From: Armatimonadota bacterium
Lineage (GTDB): Bacteria > Armatimonadota > UBA10988
Reading direction: 5' to 3'
Assembly: GCA_016235455.1 (NCBI GenBank)
Contig: JACRKZ010000072.1
Location: 1 to 51,700, forward strand
Length of the DNA stretch: 51,700 nucleotides
Made by a program: the position numbers and the translations under genes. Shown here in pieces: positions 49,034 through 51,700 of this stretch. The notes beneath the pieces are model-generated. The model ran no database searches, was not told where the DNA came from, and saw only the letters and a list, made by a program, of their open reading frames with translations. Each line of letters starts with the position of its first letter. Position 1 is the stretch's first letter.

Positions 49034-50347
49034 TCAGGTGACCCGCCGGCCCAGCAGGAAGAACTTGCGCTCGGGGTACCACAGCACCGGCGCCCCGTCG
49101 ACCACCGTCAGGCTGGCATAGAGCGCCATGTCGCGCCGGCCAGGCGTGCCTGGCAGGCCCAGCCCGACCCCGTCGTGGTCCATGAACAACCGCGGCTCGT
49201 CGAACCGGATGGGCTGCTCGGCGCCCTCGGCGAAGCGGCCGGCCGCCAGGTAGATGGGTCGGCGGTGGTGACTGGTATCGGTCGGGCCCCAGCGGCCGAT
49301 GTGGCCGTCGTGGTTGTGGAAGAACAGCGCGTAGTGCCCGCTGGCCGCCTCGTTGCCGCCCAGGTCGTACATCGGGCAGGGCGACAGCGGATGCAGCAGC
49401 GGCTCGCCGCCGTCACGGCACAGTAGTTGGCGCGGCGTGGTCCAGGTCTCGCCGCGGTCGGCGCTGACCGAGTAGAAGGGACTCCCAGCGGCGGTGCGCA
49501 TGGTGCAGAACAGGCGGCCGTCGGGCAGCGCCACCAATGTCGGCTCCTGGCAGGCGCTGACCTCGGGCCGGCCAGGGAACGGCACGGTCAGCGCGTCCTC
49601 GTTGGCCGCGAACCAACTGATGCGCAGCGCGTCGGGCTCGGGGTCGTCGTCGAGATTGTCGAAGCGCATGAACTCCACGCGGGCATCGGCCGCGCGCCAG
49701 TCCTTGCCATCCCAGGGGATGGCCGCGAAGCTCGACCAGCGCGTGAAGCCGGCCAGGTAGCGGCCGTCGGCACCGAGGCGCAACGGCTTCTGCCAGCAGA
49801 GCATGTTGGGCGGCACGCTGGGATCCGGGTTGTCGTGGATGCTGCGCTCGACGGGCACGCGGCGCGGCGGCGACCAGTTCGCGCCGCCGTCGTCGCTGTA
49901 GATGCCGTCCACCCAGCCGGTGTGGTGAAAGAAGGTGTCGGCCAGGCCGATGTGCTGGTTGTACAGCACGTAGACTCGTCCGCTGGCACTGACCAGCGGG
50001 TAAGCCCAGCTGGCCATCTCGCCGTCACCGGCATGGCGCGGCCCGGCAATGATGCGCGGCCTGGTCCAGGTCTGGCCGTGGTCGGCACTGGTGGCAACGG
50101 CGATGTGCTGGTCGCGCGGCAGGTCGGGCGAGTAGCATTCCATCGAGCTCTGCGTCCACACGGCCATGAGCGTGTCATTGGGGCCGTCGAACACCAGGAA
50201 ATGCTCGTTGCCGGTATCGGTGGCGGCCTCGGCGGTCACTTCGGGCACGTAGACGATGTAGTCGGGCCGGGTGATGTGCAGTTGGCCCGGTATGCGGGCC
50301 AGCAGGTCCGCGGGTGAGGCGATGACGGGCGGTATCTGGTCGTGCAT
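49034..50347 (-). CDS. BNR/Asp-box sialidase-family beta-propeller protein
   Basis: Asp boxes SADHGQTW, SDDGGANW and SADRGETW; QEPTLVALPDGRL..MR; no signal peptide. Confidence 0.82.
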   Translation of the reverse strand: MHDQIPPVIASPADLLARIPGQLHITRPDYIVYVPEVTAEAATDTGNEHFLVFDGPNDTLMAVWTQSSMECYSPDLPRDQHIAVATSADHGQTWTRPRIIAGPRHAGDGEMASWAYPLVSASGRVYVLYNQHIGLADTFFHHTGWVDGIYSDDGGANWSPPRRVPVERSIHDNPDPSVPPNMLCWQKPLRLGADGRYLAGFTRWSSFAAIPWDGKDWRAADARVEFMRFDNLDDDPEPDALRISWFAANEDALTVPFPGRPEVSACQEPTLVALPDGRLFCTMRTAAGSPFYSVSADRGETWTTPRQLLCRDGGEPLLHPLSPCPMYDLGGNEAASGHYALFFHNHDGHIGRWGPTDTSHHRRPIYLAAGRFAEGAEQPIRFDEPRLFMDHDGVGLGLPGTPGRRDMALYASLTVVDGAPVLWYPERKFFLLGRRVT

Positions 50348-50407
50348 GGTGGCTCCTGGCAGTTGGTTGGGCTACGGTTCGACCGCGCCGCCGGATCCCC
50401 TTGCGGC

Positions 50408-51700
50408 TCAGGGCACATCGAGGTCGACCACGGTCGTGCCGGGATCGACGCGCACCTCTTGCTTGGACCAGCCGCCGGCGCCGCGGCACCACAGTTCGTA
50501 ACGGCCAGGCGGCACGTTGCCAAAGACGTAGCTGTTGTCCTTCGCGGGCCGGGTTTGCGCGTAGACACCCTCGCGCCGTAGGGCGACGGTCGTGGCGGCC
50601 GAGGTGTGCGCGATGTGCCCGCGGAGCGTGCCGCCGCCGCGGGGCAGCGGGCGCAGGTCGATGGTGTGCTGCTCGCCCGGCAGCAACGTGACCAGCGGCG
50701 CCGCCGTCGCTGTGCCGCCGGTGTCGGGGCAGACCACCACCACCTCGCGCGCGGGCAGTGCCGGCCAGGTCACCACGCGGCTGCTTGGCACCCAGGCCAA
50801 GCCCAGCAGTTCACCCGTGTCTGCATCGAGCACCGTGACCCGCGGGTGGCCCAGGCCGCCACCGGCCGCCAGCCGCACCGTCAAGCCGGCTCGGTCGGCC
50901 GGCAAGGACAGGTCGATGGCGTTGGCCCCGACGGCGAATGGCCGCACCTCAAGGCGCCACCAGGAGAGCGGCGCGCCCGCGTCGGCGGCGCCGTCGTGCC
51001 GCAACTCCAGCAAGATCTCGCGTTGGCCCGGCACAGCGCCGAAGCAGCAGTGCCCGTCACGCACGGTGCCGCGCTCGTCTGGCTGCACGCCAGTCAGCGC
51101 AACCGGCTCGATTCGGGCCTCCGGCGGTCCGACCTGGTCACCGGCGGGCGCCTGCTCGGTGGCCACGGCGTCGAGCAGCGCAGCCGAGTCGGGTGGCAGC
51201 GCCCGCAACTCGCCCTCGACCCAACTGCTGGCCAGGCACAGGTCGGCGCGGCCGGCGGCCGCACCAGTCGGCAGGCCCGCGATGGCAAGCGGCGCACCGT
51301 CCACGACGGCACGGCGCTCTCGCCGGCAGCCAGCGCCACGCGCCGCGCTACGGCCGCCGCGCCGTCCGCCGTGCGCAGAGCCACGTCGACGGTGCCCGTG
51401 GGCACATCAGGCTCGGCCAGGTCGTAGCGACCCTCCGCGTCGGTGAACACCACCCAGGACCGCTCATGCCAGGTGTCGAACGTCGCGCTGGCCACGCGCC
51501 AGGTAACGCGCAGGCACATCGCCTGCTCGACCCAGGGCTGGCCTTGCTGGTCATGCATCACGCCCGTCAAACGCCCCGAGCGTCACCAGCCCTGCAGGCA
51601 CCTCGAAGGCGCAGCGGCCACGCGCGTCACTGGTCAAGGCGCGCTGGTAGACCCAGCACCGCGCGTGCGTGCCCAGCCCATCGGCCGCGGTGCGCTGGGC
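50408..51700 (-). pseudogene. Frameshifted paralog of the carboxypeptidase-regulatory-like repeat protein (5' part beyond the window)
   Basis: Three segments in alternating frames each match 45736..48936. Junctions lie near 51580 and at a 5-bp tandem duplication at 51306-51315. Confidence 0.7.

Overview
High-GC (visually about 70%) bacterial chromosomal segment, densely coding and mostly core or housekeeping. Gene order (rimP-nusA-ylxR-infB-DUF503; dnaJ-hspR; short Gram-positive-type DnaK) suggests a Terrabacteria lineage, possibly Armatimonadota; this is inference only. Left to right: a leftward run (aroC, Tat/lipoprotein Fe/Mn SOD, lipoprotein, membrane spermidine-synthase-like protein, lone receiver, PA14 protein cut by the window edge); a CE7 esterase; the rimP-infB operon with its leader attenuator; a heat-shock locus (dnaK-hsp20-hsp20-dnaJ-hspR-TPR-GGDEF, then clpB; no grpE); an HpnH-like radical SAM gene with Rrf2, TIM-barrel, DUF1638 and a REC-GAF-PAS-HisKA gene; an incomplete Dpp/Opp ABC operon; a hidden half-VapC remnant; a Re-citrate-synthase-like enzyme with a Cache-like tail; Mrp, GNAT, SirB1, mtnA and HtrA; and two paralogous carboxypeptidase-regulatory-like-domain genes (the second frameshifted) flanking a BNR/sialidase-like gene. 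I saw no rRNA, tRNA, CRISPR array or transposase. The best candidate for something undescribed is the heat-shock locus. It carries two related 21-bp operator types: near-canonical HAIR boxes before dnaJ-hspR, and a variant (C/G)TTG(A/C)TAG-N5-CTATCAAG-N4-ATGAGC before both dnaK and clpB. It also appears to co-transcribe a diguanylate cyclase. All product calls come from motif recognition, not database searches.
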